From NCBI RefSeq assembly GCF_006345805.1, contig NC_043000.1:4960001-5024000 (forward strand): a DNA stretch of 64,000 nt. The letters are read 5' to 3'. Both the position numbers and the translations under genes were made by a program. Every line of letters starts with the position of its first letter. Position 1 is the first letter of the stretch. The stretch comes from Octopus sinensis (lineage: Eukaryota). Below the pieces are notes generated by a model. The model was not told the DNA's origin. It was given only the letters and a program-made list of their open reading frames with translations, and ran no database searches. Below, one piece after another: positions 48,396 through 62,354 of the stretch.

Positions 48396-51039
48396 AAACA
48401 CATGTATTCATGTATGTGTTTATGTATGCATGTAAATATTTGAATGATCATATCCTGAGCTTTGCATGAAATCATGAACTTAAAATAGCAAAAAATATAT
48501 TGGTAATATTTGCTGATATTCCGTATCAGAAAAAGACCATCATCATCCTACAGCTCTGCACTTTTGAAGATAAAAAGCATAAATAATCTCTTACTTGAAA
48601 AATGGGTAAGGGTTAGAGACAGGAAGGGCATCCAACTGTAAAACAACACCTCAACAATATGTATTGATCCATAAATGGAAAATGAACATATGGAAGATGT
48701 TTCACCCTCAGTTTTTGTACTGAGTGTTTTAATATTAACTGTGAGTTAATCTATAATAACATTGCAGATTGTTTCATCCACACACACACAAACACCCTCA
48801 CACACATGCATACACAAATATCCATATATATATGCTTACACACACATGCACACAGGAATAATTGAAGTTTAATCACCAGTGTAATCTTGCATTTGAAGTG
48901 AAGTCATGGTATGTTATGTATTATAATACACACACACACACACACACACATACACACACACATGTATGTATATTATATATATCTGTAAGCATATATGTAT
49001 TTATATATGCAAACATATATGTGTGTGTAGTTTATGTACACACACGGTCACACACACACATGCGCACACACACACACACACATACACATGTATGTATATG
49101 TATATACAGTGGCATCATTTACTTTAAAGACAAGATTATACTGATGATTAAATGTTAATTATTTCCGTTTGTTTAATCACAAACGATCTAAAACTATTAA
49201 TGAATAAGAAGAGAGGTTTTCACTTTTTTTGAAATACTCTAAGTTTAAACAGGAAAATTTTAATTACCATAATACAATTATTGACATTAATAAAGATACA
49301 AAAATGAATGTCACTTAATCTAAGTATATTCTTAAAAAAAAAGTGTTTTAATTTTAATATTCAATATAATATTTTATCTACACAAGAGAAACTATTAATA
49401 GTTATTTGATTATATTATCGTTCAATCTGCTTTGGTAGAATTGTTAGTTCATTGGGAAAATGTTTTTTTTTCTTTTATTCTTCTACTTGTTTCAATCATT
49501 AGATTGTGGCCAAGCTGGGGCACAGCCTTGAAGAATTTTAGTCACATAAACTGACACCAGTGCTTTTTATTTTTTAAGCCTGGTACTTATTCTATCGATT
49601 TCTTTAGCCGAACCGCTAAGTTACGGGGATATAAACGCACCAACACTGGTTGTCAAGCTGTGGTGAGGGACAGACACGTGCACATAGATATACACATAAA
49701 CATATACATCAGGCATATACATATATACACATATATATCACATATACATAATATACATATATCATATATTATCATATATATACAGATACACATATATCAG
49801 TTCTGTGAGTAATTACTCAGGGTAGGCAGTTGGTGATGTTTATGTAGTAAAACATGAAAAAATATAAGCGAAATGCAGGCACAAGACTAAGGTGAAGGCA
49901 GATTTACTTCTGCCTTTATGGCACATAAAGAAAATGTTGTTGTAGGAGTGTGCACAGCATGTGTACTGCAGCAGTACTATGTGTAGTTTTAATACTGAGA
50001 TTGAAAAGCAGGGGCAAGTTATACATACCTAATCTACAAAAAATATAAAATATTTTGCATTTTATGCAAAATAATCAGAGTAACCTTCATAATTTTATGG
50101 AATTCAGTGCATATTTTGCAATAAAAGGAAAATGTTACTATCGATCTATTTTATTCAGGATAGGCACTCCCTACCTTGTCTACCCAGGTGGAACGTCCCT
50201 GATATATATACTCAACAGGATTCTTGTTTCCATCTACCAAATCCATTCACAAGGTTTTGGTCGGTTAGGTTATGGGGACACACAAACTCTGGTTGTCAGG
50301 CAGACACATGTACATAGATATACACATATATATATACGATGGGCTTCTTTTAGTTTCCATCTACCAAATCCATTCACAAGGCTTTGGTCAGCCCATGGCT
50401 ATAGAAGAAGACACTCGCCCAAAGTGACATGCAGTGAGACTGAACCCGGAACCATGTGGTTGGTAAGCAAGCTACTTACCACACAGTCACACCTGTGCCT
50501 CCACACAGCTACTCCTGCACCTGTTTCTTTCCATTCTTTCTATTCTTAGTTCAAATTCCATTAAAAAATTCAAGAGTGTAGTTTAAATATGTTTGTAGCT
50601 GTTGCTGTTTAAATCCAGGTATGCCTGTACTAAGCAAAGCTATGATAAAACCATGACTGCTCTATGCTGTGCTCTAGAGCATTGCCTATCCAAGACTGCA
50701 TTATTCAAAATAATCTTCCTTTTTCAAAAGATGCTAAAGTGGAAGAAATTTGACTGCAATTTTTTGCAGATTGATTGACCATATAGAAGTGACCTCTTTG
50801 GTTTGCTTTGTTCTGTAACTATGTCCTTGACATATTTTACTATGGCAGTAAGACTGGGAGAGTAAGTAGAACAGATACATAGTGACAGTTTTAGCAACAG
50901 CTGGGATTTATCGCCAAAGAGCAGATGTACAGGTAATAATTCCCATATACTACTGATTCTATAGAATCAACTAATAACACCACTCCCAGTTTATTGCTCT
51001 CAAGATCCTAGTTTGAAACCCCACCCCAAACAAAACTGA

Positions 51040-52455
51040 ATTATAAGAAAAAAAACAGTGTTTGTTTAGAAAGTTAGAAAATCCACAAATATCCTCAGGA
51101 AGATGGCCCTGCTCAATCTGTAGAAAAGGTGTAGGTAGAAACTCTATAAGATGTACCCAGTGTAAGCTATGGACACATAAGAGGTGCAGCAATGTCAAAG
51201 GTAGGCTAACTGGGAAGATAGTTTTTGTATGTGGCAGATGCTCTGGAGCATTGACCTCCGAAAATCTGCAGAAAACACATTCCGTCCTTTCCGGGGGGAA
51301 AAACTAGAAGTAGTTGATAGCTTCCGCTATCTAGGTGACCAAGTCAGTAGTGGGGGCGGTGCGCTGAAAGTGTAACTGCTAGAATAAGAATAGCCTGGGC
51401 AAAGTTTAGGGAGCTCTTACCTCTGCTGGTGACTAAAGGCCTCTCGATCAGAGTAAAAGGCGACTGTATGATGCATGTGTACGAACAGCTATGCTACATG
51501 GCAGTGAAACATGGGCCGTGACTGCTGAGGACATGCGTAAGCTCGTGAGGAACGAAGCCAGTATGCTCCGATGGATGTGAATGTCAGTGTACTTACTCGA
51601 CAGAGCGTTAGTACCTTGAGAGAATGTTTGTACCTAAGAAGCATCAGTTGTTGTGTGCAAGAGAGACGATTGCGCTGGTATGGTCATGTGGCGAGAATGG
51701 ATGAAGATAGGTGTGTGAGAAAGTGCCAATCCCTAGCAGTTGAGGGAACCCGTGGAAGAGGTAGACCAGGAAAACCTGGGACGAAGTGGTGAAGCACGAC
51801 CTTCGGACGTTAGGTCTCACCATGGAAATGACTAGAGACCGAGACCTATGGAAGTATGCTGTGCGTGAGAAGACCCGGCAAGACTAGTGAAGCCATAATC
51901 CGTGGCCCCTACCTGGGACGTAGTCAGTCGACCTGTGCATACCTTCCTTCTTGTGACACTTGTGAAGACCTGTTGAGGCAAGTGAGAATCGAAACGAATC
52001 AAATCAAATCAAATCGAACCAAATCAAAATAGATGAACATCAATGGAATTTGTATCCTTGTGGTACCAGTGCCGGTGGCCACATAAGAAAACCATCCGAA
52101 CGTGATCGTAGCCAGTACCGCAACGACTGGCCTCCGTGCTGAGGGCACGTAACAAACACCATCCGAGCGTGGCCGTCCGCCAGCCCCGTCTGGCACCTGT
52201 GTCGGTGGCACATAAAAAAACACCATCCGAGCGTGGCCGTCTGCCAGCCTCGTCTGGCACCTGTGTCGGTGGCACATAAAATCACCCACTACACTCTCGG
52301 AGTGGTTGGCGTTAGGAAGGGCATCCAGCTGTAGAAACACTGCCAGATCTGACTGGCCTGGTGCAGCCTTCGGGCTCCCCAGACCCCAGTTGAACCGTCC
52401 AACCCATGCTAGCATGGAAAGCGGACGTTAAACGAAGATGATGATGATGATGATG
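51040..52455 (+). mobile_element. RTE-clade LINE, 5'-truncated: Cys-rich insert, RT C-terminus, 3' UTR with 63-bp subrepeats, (GAT)n tail
   Basis: SGRWPCSICRKGVGRNSIRCTQCKLWTHKRCS, LEVVDSFRYLGDQ, AWAKFRELLPLL and QERRLRWYGHVARM...GRGRP are contiguous with the family C 3' UTR. Confidence 0.93.
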
Positions 52456-52580
52456 TTTGTGTGTTGTGAGACTACATGTGAATTTTTGCACATAAATGCT
52501 TGTATTTTGTGCAATTGTAAATTTTAGATTCATATAATGTGCTTATGTCTAAGAATATTACATAAACCCAATAAACGTCA

Positions 52581-52879
52581 CCCTTTTCAAGCCTAGCCAG
52601 GCTCATGGGCCCAGTTTCCTGGTTTCTGTGGTGTATGTGTTCCCCCCAGCTGGACGGGACACCAGTCCATTGCAGCATTACTCAAGAAACAGGAAGAGAA
52701 AGTGAGAGAAAGTTGTGGCGAAAGAGTACAACAGGGGTTGCAACCAGCCCCTGCCGGAGCCTTGTGATGCTTTTAGGTGTTTTTGTTCAATAAACACACA
52801 CAATGCCCGGTCTGGGAATCGAAACCGCGATCCTCCAACCGCAAGTCCGCTGCCCTAACCACTTGGCCAATGCGCCTCC
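52581..52879 (-). mobile_element. tRNA-derived SINE sharing the tail of 41103 but with a different head and body
   Basis: Head ggaggcgcattggccaagtggttaggg...ggtttcgattccc; tail identical in type to 41103-41195. Confidence 0.8.
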
Positions 52880-53064
52880 ATAAGAATATTACATATAATG
52901 CATTAATTAATCATTTCAAAATTACGAGAGGGATTTCCAACATCTGAAAGGATCTTCAGATGCTGGACTTCACTGAGGAAAGGACAAGGGACCAGGAGAC
53001 ATGATGATTTGCTTACTTGATAAGATACATCAAGCTAAGTACATTCACTGCCTTCCACACATAC

Positions 53065-53345
53065 TGGCTTGTCCTTTCAGGTGCTGGTGCCATTTAAAAG
53101 GCACCTGTGCCACTTAAAAGATAGCCATGCTGTGTTAACAGACCCATGCTGGTGGTGTGTAAACACACCTATGCCAGTGGCATGTAAAAAGCACTCAGCA
53201 CACTCTGTAAAGTGGTTGGCATTAGGAAGGGCATTCAGCCATAGAAACCAAGTGAAGTCAGACTGGAGTCTGGTGCAGCTTCCCAGCTTCAGTCGAACCG
53301 TCCAGCCCATGCTAGCATGGACAATGGACATCAAATGATGATGAT
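53065..53345 (+). mobile_element. RTE 3' UTR fragment (family C-like)
   Basis: ggttggcattaggaagggcattcagcc block and (GAT)n tail. Confidence 0.75.
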
Positions 53346-53346
53346 G

Positions 53347-53384
<38 letters not shown>

Positions 53385-53387
<3 letters not shown>

Positions 53388-53985
53388 TTCATCATCATTG
53401 TTCGACCGTGGTCGAGACAATGGAATTTACTATGTTACGCCAGACTTCACGGTCCATCATAGCATTACGGAGGTCCTGTTGCTGGATGCCTGTATCCCTG
53501 GAGATTACATCAGGGTAGGAGAGTGTGCGCCCTCTGGTATTGCGAGTAGATGGCTTCCAGAGGAGAAGAGAAGATATTACCTCTTTTTCAGCTCTACAAC
53601 AATGTCCAGTAAACTGGACTCTCTTACCTTTCACAAGAGATGACACAGGTGGTAATTTCCCATATATTTGCATTTTGGTTGGATGGCGCTTCCACGAGAG
53701 ATTTTGAGCTCTCATAAGGAGGCGAGTGTAGGTTCCATCCAACCGCCTCTCAAGCTTCTTTGCTCTAACGTCCAGGTTCTGAGCCATATAGTAGAATTGG
53801 TTCGACTGTGGCTTTGAATATTCAAGTTTGAAGTCTCTACTTAGATTTGATGACCAGATCTTATGCATGTCATTACAGGCTGACCAGGCCATACCCTTTC
53901 TAGTTAGAAAGTCTTTTCCAGATGATGATATGTATGACCCAAGATATTTATAATCAGAAACCATATTTAAAGGTGCACTGTTGAG
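53385..53985 (-). mobile_element. RTE-clade LINE 3' fragment (third family)
   Basis: DYKYLGSYISSS...RKGMAWSACN...LDGTYTRLLMRAQNLSWK...QFTGHC...MMDREVWR; short tail of ATG repeats. Confidence 0.9.
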
Positions 53986-54060
53986 AGTATGGATGATGCA
54001 ATAAGGGAAAGGAAGTCCTTGGAACAGTATTATATATTTGAACCAAAAAAAAAAAAAGAA

Positions 54061-54158
54061 TAGAAATGGTTGTCCTGATAATTTTTCTACTTAAATAGTT
54101 AACTAATTATAAACATTTAATTATTAAAGTGGAAAAATTATCAGGAAAGCCATTTCTA
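54061..54158. mobile_element. Palindromic MITE-like element (~37-bp imperfect inverted repeats, TA ends)
   Basis: tagaaatggttgtcctgataatttttctactt / aagtggaaaaattatcaggaaagccatttcta; related to 19497-19639. Confidence 0.7.
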
Positions 54159-54272
54159 ATAACTTTCTCAAATTCACACACGTGCGCGCGCAACACACAC
54201 ACACGCACACACACACACACACATATATATATATAATTATATATATATATATAATAATATTATATATATATA

Positions 54273-54319
<47 letters not shown>

Positions 54320-54599
54320 CATCATCATCATCATCATCATCATTTAGCGTCCGTTCTCCATGCTAGCATGGTTTGACGGTTCAACTGGGGTCTGTGAAGC
54401 TGGAAAGATTCATCAGGCCCAGTCAGATCTGGCAGTGTTTCTACGGCTGGATGCCCTTCCTAACGCCAACCACTCCGTGTGTAGTGGGTGCCTTTTACAT
54501 GCCACCCGCACAGGTGCCAGACAGAGCTGGCAAAAGGCCACGAACGGATGGTGCTTTTACGTGTCACCGGCACGGGGCCAGGCGAGGCTGGCAACGGAC

Positions 54600-54600
<1 letters not shown>
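54320..54600 (-). mobile_element. RTE 3' UTR fragment (family C)
   Basis: Reverse complement of the conserved block and tail. Confidence 0.85.
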
Positions 54601-54652
<52 letters not shown>

Positions 54653-54988
54653 CATATATATATATATACATGCATATAGATGTATAACTGCAACTGTTAA
54701 GTTTAGAGTTCTTTGTAGATTATCATTAACCCGTCTGCATCCAGTATAGTAACTACTATACTTAGTAGTATTACTACTTATGATTTACATAGCAAATGTA
54801 GGAGAACACAAGTTTATAGTGTTTCTTCCAACATATGTTTCACCATTGTGCTTGTTTGGAACTTTGCATTGGATGCTCCAAGTTCAATGGAATGCTCAAT
54901 CACAATGGATCATATGAAGAACACTTTATTGCACCACATTACATTAGTCTTTTGTAACATTACATCAGGTTTTCTGCTTATTGTAACA

Positions 54989-55025
<37 letters not shown>

Positions 55026-55027
<2 letters not shown>

Positions 55028-55453
55028 CGCAGGAGTGGCTGTGTGGTAAGTAGCTTGCTAACCAACCACATGGTTCCGGGTTCAGTCCCCTGCGTGGCAT
55101 CCTTGGTCAAGTGTCTTCTGCTATAGCCCCGGGTCGACCAATGCCTTGTGAGTGGATTTGGTGAGGAGAAACTGAAAGAAGCCTGTTGTATATATGTATA
55201 TATATATATATTATTATATATATGTGTGTGTGTGTTTCTGTGTTTGTCCTCCCCTAGCATTGCTTGACAACCGATGCTGGTGTGTTTACGTCCCCGTCAC
55301 TTAGCAGTTCGGCAAAAAGAGACTGATAGAATAAGTACTGGGCTTACAAAGAATAAGTCCCGGGGTCGATTTGCTCGACTAAAGGCAGTGCTCCAGCATG
55401 GCCGCAGTCAAATGACTGAAACAAGTAAAAGAGTAAAAGAGAGAGTAAAGAGT
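55026..55453 (+). mobile_element. tRNA-derived SINE family A, full length
   Basis: Complete head-to-tail match to 35145-35561. Confidence 0.93.
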
Positions 55454-55972
55454 ATATCTTATATAAAATCTGTCCTGTCTGTCTGTGCGTGTGTCTTCTA
55501 GGATCTCGAGCATCCTCCATATATATAAACATATATCATAAAAATAAAAAGCAAAATGCACTGAAATATTATGCTGGAAAAATATGTTTATGAGATAAGA
55601 TGTTTACATAGTCGCCTGGTTTCACTTGTTTAGGTATTCGTGTCTCAGCAGTTAGTACTGATGTTATGATTTTATGCTGCTATAATTAGTTGTTGTCATT
55701 CACTGTTTGTTAATGATCATAACATCATCACTAACTGCTCAGTCATGAAGTGTTAGAGAAGCAAAACCAATCAAGTATTTCATAACAATATTTTTTAAGC
55801 AAAAATTTCAGTGCATCTTCCATTTTGTTTTCACTGTAACTCGTGATGAGCTTTTCTGGAACTTTTTTTCTCTATATGTATATGTCTTTGATAAATGTCA
55901 ATGTATGAAAATCTAAAGCCTTGAGTTGCTTAGTAACTTCTTCCAATTAAATCATACATACATACATATATA

Positions 55973-56010
<38 letters not shown>

Positions 56011-56059
56011 TATGTATATATACATATACATATATATATATAATTATATATATATATGT

Positions 56060-56270
56060 TTGCCAGCCTCGTCTGGCACCTGTGCCGGTGGCTCGTAAAA
56101 GGCACCCACTACACCCATGGAGTGGTTGGCGTTAGGAAGGGCATTCAGCTGTAGAAACATTGCCAGATCAGACTGGGCCTGGTGCAGCCTTCTGGCTTCC
56201 CAGACCCCAGTTGCACCGTCCAACCCATGCTAGCATGGAAAGCGGACGCTAAACGATGATGATGATGATA
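56060..56270 (+). mobile_element. RTE 3' UTR fragment (family C)
   Basis: Conserved block and (GAT)n tail. Confidence 0.85.
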
Positions 56271-56318
56271 TATATATATATATATATATATATGTAATAT
56301 ATACATATATGTATATAT

Positions 56319-56382
<64 letters not shown>

Positions 56383-56924
56383 ATATACAACACACAGGCA
56401 CACACACACACATACATACATACATACATATATATCTTGTATGATTAGATGAAAGTTAATATACTTATTGTTTTGCATTTTTAATAACATTTAGAAATGT
56501 TTAGATTTCAATCATTTTCCTTGATACCTTGATATCTTATAAATATGTAACTAATTTAAAAACCCATCAAAATATTACCTTCTGCAAAAGTAGATTCTGA
56601 TAAGATGAGCACCGTTCTTTATAAACAACAGCAGGTCTCGTCAATAAAATTAACAGCAAGGTGTTATTTGTATTTTTTCTTTTTTTTTTTTGTGTAGTTT
56701 GTCTCAGAAGGATAAAAAGTAAAAGTGATGTCAGACATGACTTGAACTTAGGTTGTCTAATATCTTCTGCTGTGTTTGTAGCAAGTAACCAAAAAAATGA
56801 AAAAAATAAATGTCACTTCTATATATTATTTTCCTTGTAATTCCATAATTTAAATTCAAATTTCTAATCCTGCTGAATGTTGTAAGATGATGATTATCTC
56901 CTTTGTACAAAGGAGTGACAGAGA

Positions 56925-57170
56925 GAGAGAGAGGAGAAATGGAAAGAAAGGAAGAGACGTAAACAAGAGACTATGGCACTACAACCAGCCAGGAACAGTC
57001 TTCGCTACATTTGCGGTACCTGCCAGAGGGAGTGTTTGTCCAGGATAGGACTACACAGCCACAGCAGGAAATGTATCAGGACATGAAATATAAAAGCCGG
57101 AGACTAGACTACTTCATGCACAACTCCATTGTCTCCCGAGACAGAAAGGATGCCAACCAACAATAGCTGC
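56925..57170 (+). mobile_element. RTE LINE 3' end with C-terminal zinc finger
   Basis: KERKRRKQ...YICGTCQRECLSRIGLHSHSRKC, then a 3' stem-loop tgtct-cccg-agaca and a ggatgccaac(caac) tail. Confidence 0.85.
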
Positions 57171-57366
57171 CATCACAATGGCTTGATGCGCTTCCTCTCA
57201 CCAACTCTCACTCATTTCCAAGTAAGGTAATATTTACTCATGGAGGGACATATTTTCATGGCAAAATTGGAAATGAGGGTCACCATTCGTATGATGGCAT
57301 CATTCTTTTATAATTCTTATGTGATGTCAAGATAAGGAGACGCAAACACTCTCATAGACGTACTGC

Positions 57367-57397
<31 letters not shown>

Positions 57398-57526
57398 GAC
57401 AGGCTTTTTTTAGGTTTTTGTCCACTAAATCAACTCAGAAGTTTTAGTTATCCTGGGATAATAGAAGACACTTGTCCAAAGTGGCACACACCACATGACT
57501 AGGAATTAAGCTTCCAACCATGCATA

Positions 57527-57901
57527 GGTGCAGGAGTGGCTGTGTGGTAAGTAGCTTGCTAAACAAAACACATGGTTCCGGGTTCAGTCCACTGTGTGGC
57601 ATCTTGGGCAAGTGTCTTCTGCTATAGCCCCGGGCCCCAAAGCTTGTGAGTGGATTTGGTAGATGGAAACTGAAAGAAGCCTGTCGTATATATGTATTAT
57701 ATATATATATGTATGCATGTTTGTGTGTCTGTGTTGTCCCCCTAGCATTGCTTGACAACCGATGCTGGGGTGTTACCGTCCCCGTCACTTAGCGGTTCGG
57801 CAAAAGAGATCCGATAGAATAAGTACTGGGGTCGATTTTCTCGACTAAAAGGCGGTGCTCCAGCATGGCCGCAGTCAAATGACTGAAACAAGTAAAAGAG
57901 T
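57527..57901 (+). mobile_element. tRNA-derived SINE family A
   Basis: Head-to-tail match with small deletions. Confidence 0.9.
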
Positions 57902-58124
57902 ATCAATGCCTAAAAGCATTAAAAAGAATGGCATTTACCCAATAGCACAACTATTGTAAATTTTGAGATACAGACAGTGCCTCTAAATAGTCATTCACTC
58001 AATCAGCTTTAAATAGAAACCAAATATATTTCAAATCACCCACTATCGTATCAAAAATAGATACATTGGATAAAGTAATCCAAGATATACTACGTCAGAA
58101 AAAAAAAATAAGATGACCATCACA

Positions 58125-58620
58125 TCATCATCATCGTTTAACGTCCGCTTTCCATGCTAGCATAGGTTGGACGGTTCAACTGGGGTCTGGGGAGCCCGAA
58201 GGCTGCACCAGGCCAGTCAGATCTGGCAGTGTTTCTACAGCTGGATGCCCTTCCTAACGCCAACCACTCCGAGAGTGTAGTGGGTGATTTTATGTGCCAC
58301 CGACACAGGTGCCAGACGAGGCTGGCGAACGGCCACGCTCGGATGGTGTTTTTTATGTGCCACCGGCACAGGTGCCAGACGAGGCTGGCGAACGACCACG
58401 CTCGGATGGTGTTTTTTATGTGCCACCGACACAGGTGCCAGACGAGGCTGGCGAACGGCCACGATCGGATGGTGTTTGTTACGTGCCCACAGCACGGAGG
58501 CCAGTCGATGTGGTACTGGCTACAGCCACGTTCGGATGGTTTTCTTATGTGCCACCAGCACTGGTACCACAAAGATACAAATTCCATTGATGTTCATCTA
58601 TTTTGATTTGGTTTGATTTG
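58125..58620 (-). mobile_element. RTE 3' UTR with three 63-bp subrepeats; close relative of 52010-52455
   Basis: atgtgccacc at 58292, 58355 and 58418; flanking sequence nearly identical to the reverse complement of 52010-52455. Confidence 0.9.
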
Positions 58621-58974
58621 CCCTGAATAGAATATTTTAGAAAACTGAAATGCTTAAGCAGGACTCAGCTGAGTTCAAATGACTTTCTTGTATCAATTTC
58701 TTTTGAAACGATGATGTAGTTTTAAGCTTATCTTGTAAAGTCAGTGCTTCTTTAGGGTTTTTTTTTTATTACCAACAGAAAAGATAGCAGTTTCCCATCT
58801 GATATCTTTATTCTAAGAATATTTAACTCCTATACTATCTTTCTGATTGATTATGTTTTATGGCAGTGTTTTTGAACTATAAAGTATTCCCAGTTCTCTG
58901 TAGCAACACCTGGGATTCTATGATGTTTTCCAGTCTGCTAACCGACTTCAAATTCAAATGCTAAATACAATAGC

Positions 58975-59028
<54 letters not shown>

Positions 59029-59060
59029 AATAGTAATAATAATAATAATAATGATAATAT

Positions 59061-59463
59061 TCTTTTACTTGTTTCAGTCATTTGACTGCGGCCATGCTGG
59101 AGCACCGCGTTTAGTCGAGCAAATCGACCCCGGGACTTATTCTTTGTAAGCCCAGTACTTATTCTATCGGTCTCTTTGCCGAACCGCTAAGTGACGGGGA
59201 CGTAAACACACCAGCATTGGTTGTCAAGCAATGCTAGGGGGACAAACACAGACACAACAACACACACACACAACACACACATATATATATATACATATAT
59301 ATACGACAGCTTCTTTCAGTTTCCGTCTACCAAATCCACTCACAAGGCATTGGTCGGCCCGGGGGCTATAGCAGAAGACACTTGGCCAAGATGCCACGCA
59401 GTGGGACTGAACCCGGAACCATGTGGTTGGTAAGCAAGCTACTTACCACACAGCCACTCCTGC
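59061..59463 (-). mobile_element. tRNA-derived SINE family A, full length, between (AAT)n tracts
   Basis: Complete reverse-complement match. Confidence 0.93.
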
Positions 59464-59506
<43 letters not shown>

Positions 59507-59519
59507 TTATCATAATGCT

Positions 59520-59726
59520 TTCCATTGTAGGCACTAGGTCTGAAATTTGAAGGAGGCGGCTGGTCGATTACATTGACTTCAGCACTTACCAGCTGGTACT
59601 TATTTCATTGACCTAGAAAGGATGAAAGGGAAAGTTGACCTCTGTGAAATTTGAACCCAACATAAAAATGACAAAATGCCACTAAGCATTTGGTCTGGTG
59701 TGAATAGTTCTGCCAGCTCACCATCC

Positions 59727-59790
<64 letters not shown>

Positions 59791-60020
59791 AATTTTAATA
59801 ATAATAATAATAATAGTTGGTAGAATTGTTAGCATGCTGGACAAAATGCTTAGTGGTATTTTGGCCATCACTACATTCTGAGTTCAAATTTTGCCAAGGT
59901 TGACTTTGCCTTTCATCCTTTTGGGGTCGATAAATTGAGTACCAGTGAAACACTGGGGTCGATGTAATCGACTAGTCCCCTTCCCCCAAATTTCAGTCCT
60001 TGTACCTATAATGGAAAGGA
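59520..60020. mobile_element. Head-to-head pair of SINE family B copies (59520-59725 minus, 59815-60020 plus) separated by (AAT)/(GAT) repeats
   Basis: Family B motifs in opposite orientations. Confidence 0.75.
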
Positions 60021-60027
60021 TTATTAT

Positions 60028-60425
60028 TCAGCCTCGGCTGGCCCCCGTGCCGGTGACACGTAAAAGTACTGTCCGTTCGTGGCCGTTTGCCAGCTCTGTC
60101 TGGCCCCGTGTCGGTGGCATGTAAAAGCACCATCTGTTCGTGTCCATTGCCAGCATCGCCTGGCCCCGTGCCGGTGACACGTAAAAGCACCATCCGTTCA
60201 TGGCCGTTTGCCAGCTCTGTCTGGCACCTGTGCAGGTGGCACGTAAAAAACACCCACTACATTCGTGGAGTGGTTGGCGTTAGGAAGGGCATCCAGCCGT
60301 AGAAACACTGCCAGATCTGACTGGGCCTGACGAAGCCTTCCAGCTTCACAGACCCCAGTTGACCCGTCCAACCCATGCTAGCATGGAAAGCGGATGCTAA
60401 ATGATGATGATGATGATGATGATGA
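60028..60425 (+). mobile_element. RTE 3' UTR fragment with ~60-bp subrepeats
   Basis: Repeated ggccccgtgccggtgacacgtaaaag units, conserved block, (GAT)n tail. Confidence 0.85.
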
Positions 60426-60430
60426 TTATT

Positions 60431-60461
<31 letters not shown>

Positions 60462-61325
60462 TTATTATCATCATCGTCATTATTATTGTTATTATTATAA
60501 TATAAATGGATACAAATCCATTAATTAAGTAAAATAGGAATTCAATTTAGAATTTTACAAAACTTGCCAAATATGCTCTGTAATATGATTGTTGAAATGT
60601 CATTGCTTTAAAGCCATTAACGGATTGTGTTTTATCTTCTACTTTCCATAGGATGTTATAAAGAAAGAATATCTCAGAATAGTGGAGCAATTGATATTAC
60701 AATCAGATATCTGGTTTATGGTAAAAATTCTGCTAACTAGAGATGTCTTTTATATTACACTTCTTTATATCACTACCTGCTATCAATGAGAAATTTTTTC
60801 ATAATCTGTCATATTTTTCAAAGAAAGAAAAAGTAGGAGAAGCAAAAATGAAGAAAGAGAGAGAGAAAAAGAGTAAGTTAGATCATTGATTATTGTGTTA
60901 CGTATGATTTCTTAGTTTCAGTTATTTATTTTATTTTTTCTAGAGATATTAAGAAAAAAACAACCCTCTCCACCAAAAAAGAAAAAAGCAACTGTCACAG
61001 CAAAAAAAATTCCCTTTGAAAACAATACTATCTTCTTTTTATTATATTGCAAATATAACAGGTTAACAGCTTCACCTAATGTCTAAACTTCTTGGCTTAG
61101 AATTTGATAGCAAGACATCCCCACCACTTGCATCCCACAAAAAGAAATATCCCCACAACTGACACCATGATGTTGGCCAACATCTCACCATTATGCCTCA
61201 ATCATGAAAAATAAGAATAACCCAAACTGATACACAATGTTAACTTCAAAATGTATTTGCAACTTATTTTACATTAATTACAAAAATAAAAGAAGCACAT
61301 TGTATATGTATACATATATATATAA

Positions 61326-61377
<52 letters not shown>

Positions 61378-61480
61378 ATATTATATATATATATATATAT
61401 ATGTATGTATTATATAATATATATGTATATTATATATATATTATATAGATGATGTATATATATGTATATATTATTTATAG

Positions 61481-61511
<31 letters not shown>

Positions 61512-61539
61512 TTTCTGCTCATGGCTGAGGAAGGAAGAC

Positions 61540-62310
61540 CATCACTGACCATTGTCCATGCAAAGTGCCAGCAATGCCTGTGCACCTGCAGTCAGCTTCA
61601 CCGGGTTGCACCAACAGCTTTCTTGTTTGCCATGCCACCCCTCTACTTAATTGAGCATCAGATAGTCACCTGGCTGATGATAGCACAGCCTAAACTTTTA
61701 GGTCCAATAAGGCTTGCACAGCATCTTGCTGACCCTCTTCTCCTTACTAACATGATCCAGAGACAGCCAAGGCAAGTTATCCAGTGCCAGTATGGGTCAC
61801 AAGCTTAGGGATGTAGAAGTACTGTGACCTCAAGAGCAAGCCTAAGATGTTCAACTCCATTCCCTCTATATCTGATTTTATATCAGAGTGACCTTCTCCT
61901 AGAGACATGCTTTATCAAAAGCTAAGGGATGTCTCTAAGAGCCCATGCTTTAGCTAGATAGTTGTTGAGCCTACACTAGGTTCATAGGTCCTTTTGACAG
62001 GTCTTGTAAGTCCTTTTACCACCATATTTACTTAAAACCAATCCTAGGCCACAGAAGGTCACATGGGAATAATTTGAGAAAAATTCCAATAGGTTTGCTC
62101 TGTGAGGGCAAACCAGCTGAAGAAGCCAAACATTGTTTGATAAGGCTCTTGTCAAAGGATGGTATGCAGCCTTATTTGCTATTGAAGTTGACTGCAACAT
62201 TTTTTACAATCAGTGAGCTGTTTTCTGCAGAACCCAGACAAGTGAAGAAAGCCACCAAAGAGATAGCCATGACAACCGAAACCAGTTCAGGATATCGGCA
62301 GTTGACAAGA
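61540..62310 (+). mobile_element. Heavily decayed RLE-type non-LTR retrotransposon 3' part (HERO/NeSL-like)
   Basis: Fragments GWYAALFAIEVDCN and VKKATKEIAMTTETSS resemble the GW...PIEVGCRG and KKAVKE...AE..S C-terminal pattern; upstream Cys-rich remnant. Confidence 0.5.
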
Positions 62311-62354
62311 AAACATAGATGGAAAATGAAAAATGTTTGTCAGAAGTGGGATCT

